Positions 24,961-37,944 of a DNA stretch of 64,000 nt are shown here, in pieces (position 1 is the stretch's first letter; each line of letters starts with the position of its first letter). Both the position numbers and the translations under genes were made by a program. The stretch comes from Carcharhinus amblyrhynchos. Lineage: Eukaryota. The stretch spans positions 46,190,001 to 46,254,000 of the forward strand of contig OZ336881.1 in assembly GCA_965287045.1 (NCBI GenBank), read 5' to 3'. The notes under the pieces were generated by a model. That model saw only the letters and a program-made list of their open reading frames with translations. It ran no database searches and was not told the origin of the DNA.

Positions 24961-26422
24961 TATAAGCACAAACCAATGTGAATGATTAGAACTTTTTAAA
25001 TGTGAGTTACAAATTACAATCATACTCACATTTTCTATCGTATTTTACACCAATTTAAGACTAAATTTGCCAAATGAGACCCCACCCACAAAATTGGCTG
25101 TGCCCCAAATTTAAGGTTGCACGCTTCCACTGATCAGGATTAAGAAAAACTTTTCAAATTACACATTCTTTTTAGTTACACAGACATTAAAATGTTTTTT
25201 TTCAAATAAAAAGTATCTAATTTACAAATAAATGTTCGTGTGTTCACAAATTAATTTACAAAATGATTCTGTGCATTATTGGTTATAATTTTTGGTGATT
25301 TTTATATCGGGTTACTCACAGGTGGTGGTCCGGACACTCCTCTTCTTAGATACTTGTTTTTGGTGATAAACCGATTTTCATCTGTTTTCATGTAAACTTA
25401 CCAGGTTGACACTCCTAAATACCCTGAGAAATATGTTTCAATAGAAAGATAAAAGATGAAGTTCAAATCGATTTCCTGATTCTCTAGTTGATGAAATAAT
25501 CAAAACTTGGGATTATGACATTTTTGATCAGTAACCGGCGCAAATTTTATGGCTTTTTGGGTGAAATTTTCTGATGCACCAAAGGTGGCAACCCTGCTCT
25601 GCCATCTTGAAGATGAAAATTTCAATTGCTTTAGAAGATCCAATGGTGCTAATACTGATGACCTAGACAACATTTGTACATCAACCAATGTCACCATAAG
25701 CAGATTATCCCATCATTTATTGATTTTGTTGATCCAAAACTGTGACCAAATCCCTGGTGTGTGCATTCACCAGAATTACAGTTGTTTAATTGTATCATTC
25801 ACATATCATTTCATGTCAGTACTATCTTAAAGATTGATGTCATAGGTTGAGGCCCTTATGGATCTGATTTGTATGATGAAGTTCATTATTAATTTTCAAA
25901 GTTGTAATTTTGATAGTTTAAATGAGACACAATTTGTGCATAAAAAACGCTGATCTCCTCATATCTAATAGTGATGAGGCGGCATGCTCATTATTAGGGC
26001 AAAACTTACTGATAACACATTCAGGATTTGTTTTCCTCCACGTAGTTTCTCACTCATTTATTTCCAAATTTAAAACTTTTTGGAAAAAATTTATTCTAGA
26101 CAGAATTATACAGAGCCTTTGGATTCCCCAGATTCCAGCTAAAAAGTTGGGAGGGAGAGCCCACCAAAAGAAGATTACTGTCTGCCCAAGAGCCATTTAA
26201 CAGCCAATTGTCTGTTATTAGACTAAAGGTGTGATTTCCAAATCTCAAGGACAGGAAGCCCCACCTCAGATAGTTGCTGGCGAGTCAAGGGAAGGAGAGT
26301 CCAACCAGGAAAGTCAGATGTGTGGTGCTCAGTCATTTAGGTGTGCCTAGGGTCACAATGAGACATTAAGAAGTCTCAAGACACCAAGTTAAAGTCCAAC
26401 AGGTTTATTTGATACCATAAGC

Positions 26423-26457
26423 CACAAGCTTTCGGAGCGCTGCTCCTTCATCAAGTT
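26423..26457 (-). ncRNA. Hammerhead motif in left arm (C3>U, stem I damaged)
   Basis: UUGAUGA-A-GGAG(CAGCG)CUCC-GAAA-GC-UU-GUG. Confidence 0.55.
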
Positions 26458-26654
26458 GTGTTCACAAACAGGGCATATAAAGACACAAACTCAATTTACA
26501 AAATAATGGTTGGAATGTGAGTCTTTACAGGTAATGAGGTGTTAAAGGTACAGACAATGTGAGTGGAAAGGATTAAGCACAGGTTAAAGAGATGTGTATT
26601 GTCTCCAGCCAGGACAGTTTGTGAGATTTTGCAAGCCCAAGCAAGTCATGGGGG

Positions 26655-26896
26655 TTATAGATAGTGTGATATGAACCCAAGATCCTGCCGAGGCTATCCC
26701 CCTATGTGCGAAACTTGGCCATCAGTTTCCGTTCAGCGACCCCGAACTCCTTTGCGTCATGAAGGCTGCTCTGGAGAACGTTTACCAGAAGATCAGAATG
26801 CCCATGATTGCTGAAGCGTTCCCCAACAGGAAGAGATCACTCCTGCTTGGTGATTGTCAAGCGGTGTTCATTCATCCATTGTCATAGTGTCTGCAT
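26655..26896 (-). pseudogene. Decayed GIY-YIG endonuclease C-terminal region of Penelope-like element
   Basis: MQTL*QWMNEHRLTITKQE*SLPVGERFSNHGHSDLLVNVLQ...VAERKLMAKFRT*GDSLG/DLGFISHYL*; 3 internal stops and 1 frameshift. Confidence 0.85.
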
Positions 26897-27078
26897 AATC
26901 TCAGTAACTCTCCTGTCTAGAGACAGTACACATCTCTTTAACCTGTGCTTAACACTCTCTCCACTCACATTGTTTGTACCTTTAAGACTTGATTACTTGT
27001 AAAGACTCGCATTCCAACCATTATCTTACAAATTTAGTTTGTGTCCTTATATACCATGTTTGTGAACAGAACTGTCAC

Positions 27079-27115
27079 TCACCTGATGAAGGAGCAGCAC
27101 TCCAAAAGCCTGTGG
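27079..27115 (+). ncRNA. Hammerhead motif in right arm (G12>A)
   Basis: UCAC-CUGAUGA-A-GGAG(CAGCA)CUCC-AAAA-GC-CU-GUGG. Confidence 0.55.
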
Positions 27116-27916
27116 CTTGTGCTACCAAATAAATCTATTGGACTTTAACCTGGTATTGTGAGACTTCTTACTGCGCTTACCAGAGTCCAACACTGGCATT
27201 TCCACATCATGGTCACCAAGCTGGCAGATTCTGGATCTGGGATAGCGCTGGGTTTGAGAGACTATGGATTGATGGGGAAAATGAGGGAAGTTGAACCCTT
27301 GGGAGGAGGCCCATTGAAAAATCCTGGAAATCTGTTAATGAGAGACTCCACCTTCCCACCAGCAGCCCATGCAGAGAAATCTGGCCACTTGGCAAGGGCA
27401 TCTCCTGTTAATTGAACCCTGGCATTCGCGTGATAGGTCCTTTAAATAGGCATTAATTGCTGATATAAGGGTCTCAGTTGGCCCACTGATGGGCCCAATG
27501 CCTTCCCCACCACTGGTATAATTGCAGTTGGGGCAGACAGGAAGGTGACATGCAAGCTGAAGGTTGGATTTAAAAAGATCCTTGCCTTCAACCTGCCAGT
27601 GGGGGAGCGTTAAATCCAACCCATCATTTTTGGACCTTGGGATCAAACTACTGAAATTATTTTACCAAAGAATAAATTAATGAGACAAACTGAAATTTCA
27701 GTTGAAACAAGAGTTTTTTTTCATTACTTCAATCTGTGATCCAGTCTATTCGTTTATCCCAAACATTTTGGATAATTTATATTAGAACGGTCAGTTTTAA
27801 TTTTGCTCTTCTGATAGTTCTTCAATCTGTGAATGATAAGCTATGTTAGAAATGTTGCACTTCCACATTCTTCCCAACGAGTTATCTTTACTTGAAGTTC
27901 TGTTCTTTAAATTTAA

Positions 27917-28051
27917 GGCCAGAATTCTCCAGTCATTCTTGCACTGCCGCTGCTGCCGTCAACAATGGAGAATTTGGCACTCAGCCAGATTTCCATTTAT
28001 TATGGTGGGACTGGAGAATCCCAGCTGCGGGTGTGGTTGGAGAATCCATCC
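27917..28051. mobile_element. Short GGG-TIR MITE
   Basis: GGCCAGAATTCTCCA...TGGAGAATCCATCC, with internal GGAGAAT repeats. Confidence 0.6.
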
Positions 28052-28509
28052 TATATCTTCAAATGGAACCCAGGTCAAGTCTGCATGCTGAAACAGCTGC
28101 AGGTTACAATGTAATAGAACATGCAATGAATGACATTGAGGTTGCATGTTCCTTCCTTTGAGAGTGTTCCTCTCTAAAGTTACGACCTACATTGTGTGTA
28201 GACAACCATATTACTAATTCAATTATAAATTAGGAGGAAATTTAGAAAACAATTAAGGTATAGAGGGTAAATGACAATAATGCAGTAAATGTGGTACAAA
28301 AAAAATCAGATTGAGCAAAGCGTGTGTTGTGAGAACGCTGGGCTTTACTGTTGGAAACTTGAAGGTTTGTCCTTTTGTGCATTACATACAGTAAGGTTAA
28401 GACAGCTGAGGGGTCTTTTTTGTTTATTCTAAATCTGCTACAGTGTGAGCTTTTTTTAATGTTTCATTGTTTTATGTCACCACAGTTCGAAACTGAGGTG
28501 ATCAATAGA

Positions 28510-29200
28510 CAGACATACAAATTAGGAGCAGAAGTAGGCCATTTGACCCCTCAAGCCTCTTCTGGCATTTAATAAATTCACAGCTGGCCTAATTTTAAGC
28601 TTAACTTCATGTTCCTGCCTACCTCTGATAATCTTTCAATTTCTTATTTATCAACAATCTATGTATCTCTGCCTTAAAGACATTCAAAGACTCTACCTCA
28701 ACCATGTTTTGAGGAAGCAAATTTCCTCATAAGACAACTTGTCCATTCCAGGCATTAATCTAAACTTCCTTTGATCTGCTTCTGATTTCCATCTCTCCTT
28801 AAATAAGGAGACCAATACAGTACACAGTACTCCAAATGTGGCCTCACCAATCTCTGTATAACTGAAACATAACCTGTCTACTCATATATTCAGTTCCCCT
28901 CGCAATAAATGAAAACATTCTGTTAGTTTTGATAGCTCCTTGCTTACCTGCATGCCAACCTTTTGTGATTCGTGCACGAGGATATGCCGATCCCTCCAAA
29001 TCTTACTGTTTTGCAATCTCTCACCACTTAAATAATATGCTTCTTTTTTATTCTTTCAGCCAAAATGGACAAAAAAAATTTACCCACATTGTGTAACATT
29101 TACTCGATCTTTGCCCACTCACACAAGCTATTTATATCCTTTTGCAGCCTCCTTATGTCCTTTTCACCACTTACATTCCTAGCTATATTTGTGTCATTGT
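28510..29200 (-). mobile_element. CR1 LINE remnant
   Basis: ORF 29100-29285 VYADNDTNIARNVSGEKDIRRLQKDINSLCEWAK (F/YADD region) plus 3' UTR. Confidence 0.88.
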
Positions 29201-29364
29201 CAGCATAGACGAAGGTAAGCTCCCTTATGGTTATTGGAAATGGCCTGGGTCTGTTGACAAAATTCATTGAAATCAGAAAATTCAATGTAGATCACATAAT
29301 ACTGGGAAAATCCATACAGTGACATTGCTTTAGCAGTGAACTAGAATGAATCAGTGATATTGGA

Positions 29365-30031
29365 ATGGATTTTTAAGTCCTCATGGGGCTGGGCACAGAG
29401 AAAGGTATGTCTAGAATTTCTCAACTATTCTCCTGAAGACAGGCTGGGGAGGCAGCAGGGCTACCTGCCTGCAATGGTGGATGGCTATATCAGGCTTTTT
29501 ACAGCTATTAAAGCATATTGACAGAGGTTGACTGTAATTTTCCAATTGACCTTTGGGCCTCACAAAGTGCCAGGGACGAGGCTAGCTGCCAGAGACAGCC
29601 TCTGATTGGCTGATATGAGGTGGGGAGCGCAGTGCTCCAGGCATGCTTTGAGGCTATCCCCTCCTTTCTTACTTCATTGTAGCTGCAGGCAGTCTCATGA
29701 AGGGGCTTCTTCTTCACAATGATACAAAGGGAAGTTTCTATCCTAAAGTTAAACAAGTTGGAGAGAGTGGGCATCTTCGAATAGAGTTGACCTCTTTCAA
29801 TCTCTCTCCTTCTTACCTCTGAAGACATATTTCTGCTTCTTCAGAGCTGCAGGGCCTCCTAGCGTCCCTCCAACTTCGAGAGTCTTAACTGGATGACTAG
29901 CCCACATTCTAACCATTAATTGACCAATTTAGGTGAAATCACTGCCAGTGAATGATTCTCATCAAGTGAGTGTCTCTGACTCCTATTTGACCTTAGTCAG
30001 AGTCCTAAAGGCTGGAGGTAAAATCTTGCTC
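29365..30031. mobile_element. Old GGG-TIR element
   Basis: TGGATTTTT...GTAAAATCTTGCTC ends; motifs shared with 26100-26365 and 36511-36870. Confidence 0.45.
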
Positions 30032-30965
30032 ATTAAGTGTACAAATACTGTAAACCCTGTCTAAGCTTTCACATTATGGCCATTAAAGTTTTTTTTAACC
30101 CAGTAAGATGATCACTGTTTTTATCTGGAACAGAAATGGAAATGTTTACAATTACAAATGACAATTCTGAAGTATTATGGCCCAGTACTGCACAACATCA
30201 TGATGATCCTTCCCTTGAGGAAGAGATGCAGCATTTTTCACTTGCACTGAAAATTGAATGAATCTACTATTATACACATGCAGCAACAGAGAGGCATTTG
30301 TAGATGCTTAGGAACAGCTCACTTGCTATTTCTCCAGATTGAGTAATAGTATTTGACCAACAGTGATCAAAGAAATACAGGAGACCAAACTTTTAAATTT
30401 GAGCAATATAAACATCCAAAGGAATATTTATATCCTCCAGTATAACATTCTAAGGTAACTTTGATTAATTGTTTGGAGCTATTCAATGGGTTGCATTTTG
30501 CAACCACCGATGAAGCAATTACATTCATCACTGATTTCAAAGAAAACTGCCTACAAAAAAGTGGAAACCTCTGCAATGTTGATTTCCCCTTTTCTAATTG
30601 CAGTTTCAATCTGGAATCAAGTCAGAAGGATTGTCAAGTCTGCAGTAACAGTCATGTTTTAGTAAGCAGGTTAAGTAGCCAAGTCACACTAAAATATTCT
30701 TATAGATAGTAAATCAGGAAGTTAAAAATACTGTTTATCCTTCACCTTAAATTTAATTTCTTGAATTGCGAAGTATATGCTTTTGATTGGATTAGGATAA
30801 AAGATGAAATATAAACTTAAAAAATATCTGTGGAATTTTGTGTCATAATTGAGAAACCTAAATTTGCAAAAATATAAAATGAGTTTTGTTCAGGATGAAT
30901 AATAATGCTTAATAGCTCTTAACAGTAATTGTGAAGTTAACAAAAAACCTATACGTATTGAACAA

Positions 30966-31534
30966 GGTGTAAATCTTTCACCGATAATGCACCCCCCCCC
31001 CCCCACCCCCAGTCATTAGGCCCACTTTCCCCACTCCCCCCACCCACCCTAAGACCATCAGTGACATCCCCAGTTCCTCCATCAGCTTTCGCCCATCACC
31101 ACATACAAATGAATGCCCTCCCTTGTGATGTTCCTGCTGGGATCTGCCTCATTCACTACCAACCTATGCCAAGGGACAGTGCCAGGCCACTGCCTGGCCA
31201 TGTTCCTCCCTCCCAAGGACTATATTTACCTTTGTGCCTCCAGTAAGAGCCCCACGATAGATTCAAATCTAGGTGAACCCTGTTGCAAACCATGCTGGTC
31301 TGATGTCATTTCAGCACAGTGTCAATATATGGCCAGGGGTGTGTGTTAATGAGATTCAAATGAATTGAAATTTATGACAAGCAGGTTCATACCCATTATG
31401 GGCATTAAGCTTCACCAGCAAGCAGTGAAGAAGATCTGAGATTGCAGTCTCGCCGGTGAGATCTGCGACTTCCGCATCTTAAGCCCCCCCGCTGGTATTT
31501 GCATGGATGAGCAGCATGTGCTCAGGATCACCCT
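30966..31534. mobile_element. GC-rich GGG-TIR element
   Basis: C-tract core and CAGTGCCAG motifs as in 32644-33360; ends GGATCACCCC. Confidence 0.5.
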
Positions 31535-32643
31535 CATTGTAAATTAATTTATCCAGGTGAGTGCTGCTATTTGATCAGTCATTCTGTTCACATGACTGAA
31601 GCTATCTGCCTCTGAAAACACCACCCGAAACCTTCCCCCACCTGTGACTTTGCAGTTTGAGTCACCCTGCTGATTAAAGCTATTGAAGTCAGACTGACTG
31701 AAACTATTTAGCAAATCATACTCCTATCCAGGATTTGATGAATGGTTTAGCTTCTTCTCATTGTTACTACTGAATATCATCTGCCGTTATTTTTAACACA
31801 TACATATCAGATACAAAATATTGAGTTGGTAGCATTTGTCCTATTTGGAAGCTTTCTTCATAACAAGCTATCAGTGTTGGCGTCTGATGATTCTGATTTT
31901 GCCTAACATTGATAATATCAAGAAACTATTCACAGGGACATGAGGTAGACTGTAAAACATTGCACATATCTAATCATCAAATGAGTGAGACTCTTAATAT
32001 AAAACTGCATAATTTTGTCGGGGTGCAGAACGCAAACAGTAAAATGATGTACTAGAGTTGAAACTTTAGAAAAACTTGAAGTAATCTGGCTGAAGAACAT
32101 AATTATCATAAAATGCAGCAGCTCCCCTCACCTTGTTAGTCAGCATGTATGTATTAAAGCTGTTGAATCACTGTTTAGGTCTGCACCATCGTTGGTATTA
32201 TTGATGGAAATCAATTGTATGGTATTCTAGCTAGTCCTGTAGTTCTGCTGCTTGGTTTCCTTCATGCAATAGAAGGAAGAAGAGCAGAACAAATGATATG
32301 CCAAGCAGAAACTATGATAACCTATTCAATCATACAGTTTTTTCCACAAGAACTTCATGAGCAGCTGAATAATTTTGTTATGCTCTTATTATCATGTCTT
32401 TCTTATTGTGAATTGTGGATCATCAGCCATTTGAAAGGCCAACTATGCTAGGGAAATGTATATATTTTTCCTCCTTTCAGCCAATAACAGCATGGAGCAT
32501 GGTATTGTTTAGAATTAGGTTAAAATGATTTTATTCATGCCTGACAACTCAACCTCAAAAGCTCAATGCTTCATTTCTATTTACCACACCCTTGCTTCTG
32601 TCAACTTGATGCTAAATTATTTGCAACTTTATTCTGAGAACAT

Positions 32644-33360
32644 AGCCGGGTGTCTCTCAAAACAAAACTAAGTGCCCAATGCGTGGGAAAATGGGAGAAT
32701 TTACTGCCCGTTTTTTGAACACACTAACTGGATGAATCTATGACACTCTGTGCAATGCAACATGCCAAAGAGTGATTCATGCTGAAAAGTAGGGGGCAGG
32801 CCTCATCCTGCCCAAAAAGGCCAGCAGCATAGTGCAGAGCGGGCGATCTGTCAGTGGGGAGATCTGCGTGTGTACACTGCCCCCGCCCAATCGCCAGCCT
32901 TCTAATTGATGGCTTCCCTGATTTCTTCCCTGGAACTCTGCAATCGCTGGCCTTCCCAAGACTCCACCTCCCCAACGATCGCTGGCCTACCAGATCCTCC
33001 ATTCCCGGGCCAACCCCGATCTACCCCCCATGATGGCCAGCCCTGACCCACCCACGATGGCCAGCTGCGATCGCTCCCTCACTCACTCCCCCCACCGATC
33101 CCAGTTGCAGAGTGGCACTGGGCTCTGATCACTCCCAATAGGCCCAACTCCCAGTTTGCCCTACCCCTCTGGTCCCAGCACCTTAGCACTGCCCAATACG
33201 CAGTGCTATGTTACCTGGTGGGCTGTGTCACGGTATCAGGCTGATAGTGCCAGGCTGGCACTGCACAAGGGGCAGTGGGGAGATCGGCCCCAACCTCCCA
33301 GGGGGGTCCTTAGTCCTGTGCTTCTGTGGAGCAATAAAGTGAGCTGGGAAAATTCCAGCC
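32644..33360. mobile_element. GC-rich non-autonomous DNA element
   Basis: Ends GGAAAATTCCAGCC; flanked by CAT/CAT; CpG-rich. Confidence 0.7.
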
Positions 33361-33851
33361 CATATCTTTCTTGGTGACTGCACTAAAATTCTTTAACTCA
33401 TTTCATCACGTCTGTTTGAGGGAGGAATGATTCATCCATTCTGTTTGCCTTCTCATTTTTGGACACTATCCCAACACTAAACTAACTACTAAGATTTAAA
33501 TTGTGACATTCTATCTCTATGTTTGAATGCCCAAATATTCAGACAAAATTCATTCACAACTCATTAAATGTACAATTGCCTCCAGATTATGTGTAATATT
33601 TATTATGTTTTAATTACTTTCAACAGATCTTCCAAATTTTCTTCAGTTTTTGAAGTGCTTCTAAGTAATTATTATTCAAACTATTTTGAATAATTTGAAG
33701 ATAAAAGTAATTGCCAGAGCATCAGTATATTTATAGAAAAATAAATGAAAATCTGGAAGATTTTTGCGAAGATAAAGGTTGAAATTTCAAACTTTGGAGT
33801 ATCAGTGTGTGAGGGGGGTAAAGCCATGCTGGATTGCTGAGCATATCTGAC

Positions 33852-33957
33852 CACAGTAAGAAGTCTCACAATACCAGGTTAAAGTCCAACTAACCTAGTG
33901 TTGTGAGACTTCTCACTGTGTTTACCCCAGTCCAACATCGGCATCTCCACATTATAC
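33852..33957. mobile_element. Collapsed palindromic Penelope-like remnant
   Basis: 30-bp inverted arms 33852-33881 / 33891-33920 matching the outer ends of 26367-27212; CTGACCACA direct repeat at 33847 and 33958. Confidence 0.8.
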
Positions 33958-34394
33958 CTGACCACACCATGCAAATGCATTGTTAACTGCACTTGTATCC
34001 TGAGATTATAATGAGCCTCATTGTTGACTAAGACCAAGTGTATGATCAAGATGAGATCAGGTCTAATTCCTGTTCGTGCTAGCTTGGATCTAGTATGTTT
34101 CATTTGTGGGGACTGTGAATTATATTAGATTTGAATTGTGTTTTGGAGCAAGCATGGAGATGGATTAAAGACATGCCCTGATCATTCTGCACATTGGCTT
34201 TGTAACTCTGAGAAAGGAATAAAATTATTTTACCTCAAGAACATTTCACTTCTTCTGAAGTGTGTGCTTATCATGCCACCTTGAAATTCAGACTAAATGA
34301 CAAGATATTTGCACATGCAGTACTCTGACATTATTGCTAACATACACATATCTTTACATGCGCAAATTATCCAAACCATGCAACTGAGAGATTT

Positions 34395-34550
34395 TATTTA
34401 TTCATTCTCAGGGTATGGGTGTCACTGGAAACAATGGGATTTAATACCTTTAGATATTGGTGAAGGGCCATTTCCTCAAACTGCAACAGTTTGATATAAC
34501 TAAGTGGGTTTCTAGACCACTTCAGAAGCCAGTGAGCTGGATAGCAGGAG
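34395..34550 (-). mobile_element. SINE-B/LINE-B 3' tail fragment
   Basis: AACTAAGTGGGTTTCTAGACCACTTCAGA is the reverse complement of 62540-62568. Confidence 0.6.
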
Positions 34551-34685
34551 TCAGGAAAATTTCTAACTAAGCTTGTCCACCTTAGGGGGGAAAAAGTGCC
34601 CAAAGAGGCAAGTTCTTCATTGGTGGGGTCGGGTGCAGGCTGCAGTGGAGTCAGCCAACCCTGGAGGGAGGTCAGAGGCATGTTA

Positions 34686-34938
34686 GGGGCGGTATGGTTA
34701 CACAGTGGTTGGCAGAGCTGCTTCACAGCACCTGGGTCCTGGGTTCGATCCCCGGCTTAGGTCACTGTCTGTGTGGAGTTTGCACATTCTCCCTGTGTCT
34801 GCATGGGTCTCCTCCGGGTGCTCTGGTTTCCTCCCACATTCTGAAAGACATGCTGGTTCAGTTCATTGACCCGAACAGATGCTGGACTGCAGTGTTAATG
34901 TAAGCCTTACTTGATGAATAAATAAACTTAAAAAAAAA
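34686..34938 (+). mobile_element. V-SINE with alternative tail, nested in a GGG-TIR element (about 34552-35746)
   Basis: Head and V-domain, then TGCAGTGTTAATGTAAGCCTTACTTG..AATAAATAAACTT and an A-run. Confidence 0.9.
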
Positions 34939-35869
34939 TGCTCAGGGGTTGTTGAATATACCCATCTTGGTGCTGTGGACCTCTAGCCTTTACCCTCACT
35001 CCTCACCCACTTCCATGGCTGCCCATACTTCTATACCAAGCTATGTCCTCCCACCCAACTCCATTGCCCCCCCCCCCGGCCTTTTTTTCAAGTCATGCCT
35101 CCATTCACCGCATAAAAATGTGATGGCTCTCTCCCCACCACCTCCTTTGTTCTTTATCCCCTATCTCTAGCTCTGCATCCCATACCCCCAATGTCAAGTC
35201 AACGCACTTCAATGCCCATTGACCCACTATGCACTTTAGAACCAATGAACCCTATTGTGATAATAGGATGTGTTTCTAAAAAAAAGCTTTTTAAAAAAAC
35301 AGCATTTATTCATTATTTTCCACCATGCTTGTAAAAATGTCCTTTCACTATGGACCATAAAACCAGTCAACCATCCATTCTCTTTGTAATATTAATAAAG
35401 GAACTAGAAGCACTCAAAACTTCTTCACATTGTATTAATAAGCATTGTACAAATGCCAGCAGAGATCAGAGAGCCAGAACTGTCAATCGAGCAATGTTTT
35501 CCCTTTGACTCAGATGTTTCACCAGAATAATGGATGTCTGGGCACTCAGACAAATTTCATCATGTATTCTTGGCTGCTGTCAATCAATTATACATTTAAA
35601 ATGTCAATGACAGTGAGTTGGCTCAGAACCCATCCTATCATAGTAACACTAGGGATTGACAACAGAAAGTTTGGAATTATGATTTTATGTAAATAAAAGG
35701 ACACAGGTAAACAATGGATAAGTTTAGACGAGCAAGAGACTTTCCCCTGAAATTAGTCCCTAAATTCAGCCTGGTTTTCATTAGTTTGAGCTTGCCTTTC
35801 AATTGTGGAATACTGTGGTAAAAGTCTTCTGTGTATTATCATACTGGTGTCAATAAAGATGGTGCCATT

Positions 35870-36225
35870 GTTTAACATTTTTTTCTAAACTCAAAATGTC
35901 TCAGAGTATTTTACAATCAATAGATTATCTTTGGGAAAGAGCAAGAGAGTGGAATCACTGGCATGAAGAACTGAATGATTTTTTTCTGTGTTGAAAGATT
36001 CTGAGGTTCTATGCTATTGTTATTATGTATGAAATGTTGGTAGCCAATTTCTGCATTGCGAAGTCCCACAGTGAGCAAATGAATGGTCAGTTAATCTTCT
36101 TTTAGCCTTGTGAATGGTGGGTAGAGCGTTGGAAAGTTCCCCATTGTTCTTCAGGTAGTGTCATGCAACTTTTACATACATCTGAACAGGCAGATGGGGC
36201 CAACACCTCTGACAATACAGCACGG
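35870..36225 (-). mobile_element. DeuSINE-like element
   Basis: Minus strand GTGCTGTATTGTCAGAGGTG..GGCCCCATCTGCCTGTTCAGATGTATGTAAAAG..ATGACACTA..TGAAGAA matches the recalled Deu domain. Confidence 0.65.
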
Positions 36226-37944
36226 AGAAGTTTTTCTTAAATCCATTGGGAAGTTTGAAGTGTTACCACTGACGCAAGCTAATAATGGCATCAGAAATTT
36301 GGTTAATAAATATGCAGTTGTAGTTAAACATTTTGAGATTATCAATATAATGGTTCCGACATCCAATAAGAAAAGTGTACTTATTTTGCAATTTTTAGAT
36401 TCAATTGTCAGTAATCTGTTTCTCTTTGTTACATCAATTGTGACAAAAAAGGTTTCCTATTTTTGAGTCAATTTTACTTAAATTAAATGTTACCTGGTTG
36501 TTTTGTACAATGGGTGGAATCTTGTGCTCTCCCCAAGACAGGTTTGCTGGTGGGGGGATTTAATCAGGTAGGAAGTGGGAGGTGGAGGGGTTAATACCCC
36601 ACTGCCTTCCCAGCTCTGCCCCAATTAAATCAATGGCAAACATACCAGTGGAAAGAAGACCTTCCCAACCCATGACCAATTAAAGCTATTAAGTGGGCAG
36701 TTATGATCTATGGCCTCAGGTGTGTGTTGTACCTCAGCAGCCACTTCCTCCCTGATGGCACTGCCATGTGATGTCAGCCTCTGATTTGCTGGCAGCTCTC
36801 AGAAGGTAGGACTTCTGACTCTGGAGCCCTTGGTCCCAGGAGAAGGTCCACTGTTGGCCTGCCAAGTGCTTGATTGGAACACGATGTGATGGTTCTTACC
36901 AAAAAGAGACAGTGCAGGGTCTAAACTGGTGAACAAAACCTTATTCACATTTCTAACAGGGAAATTATAATGTGCAAAAACACACCATAAATTCATTATT
37001 GATACATATTGGCTCTAGTTCTCTGCAATGTTTCTTGAAACAAATAACTGATGCATATTTGATCAAGAAATAAATAGGCAAGGAGAATAGCCATAGATGT
37101 TTTATTTGGAACGATGTTTACTTTATTGTCCACAGTGACCAAATCTTGCTACAGATCTGGGGGAGAAAGCAACTTCAATTCGTAATCAGTTCCAAAGCAT
37201 TCCACATAATGAGTTATAGATTTTAGTGTTGGCAACTTACGAGGCAAAGTATGCCAAGAGAATGTACATCAGTCAAGCGTGCCACCACTGCTGCCCTCTG
37301 TGAACTGGGATATTTTTTATTAACACTTATTAATAATTTTGCTGAGGACTATTCTGATAAGCAGATTAACACATGTACAGGTTGTCAAATCTGACACAGA
37401 AAAAAATACATCAACAGCTGGCCATGAATGAAGTATATAGATGTAGTTCAGATTGGTAGGCAATAGCTAGTGATTGATTGGCTGGGGGATCATTTTCCAT
37501 GTAGTTTTCTTACTTTTAATTAATTAATGTCTCCTCACCTCCACCTACTGTACTAATTTAAACTCTAGTAATATAGTAAACTTTAACACTTGAAAAAAAT
37601 AAAATTATACAGCAGATTCACCAGCTTCTTATTTCCCCACTTCATTATAAGAAAGCTACTGAAGAATTAGTTTTTTTTTCACATTTTTCTAATTTGCAAC
37701 TATTTACACATGCATCCTAATAGCAGTGACTATCAACATAGCCATTTACAGACAGTCCCTAACAGCAGTTATTCATCAACCTATAAACTTGCAGCATTTC
37801 TTTGCTGCGTCTGATTTTTTTTTAAAGTGTGTGCTGACTCTTGAAGGTAAGTGAGGTGCTCTGCTGTTGCTTCTCCAGGTGATTAAAGCTGCAAGGCTGG
37901 GCCTCAATCTATTCTTATCCAGTCACTGGCATTCCCAGCTATCA

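Larger units (their letters stand above)
26367..27212 (-). mobile_element. Penelope-like retroelement with inverted terminal arms and a GIY-YIG remnant
   Basis: Arms at about 26367-26625 and 26900-27170 are reverse complements; the spacer encodes an endonuclease C-terminus. Confidence 0.9.
26100..27622. mobile_element. GGG-TIR element (26100-26365 plus 27213-27622) hosting the Penelope-like insertion
   Basis: GACAGAATTATAC...GTTAAATCCAACCC ends; GC-rich halves either side of the insert. Confidence 0.5.
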
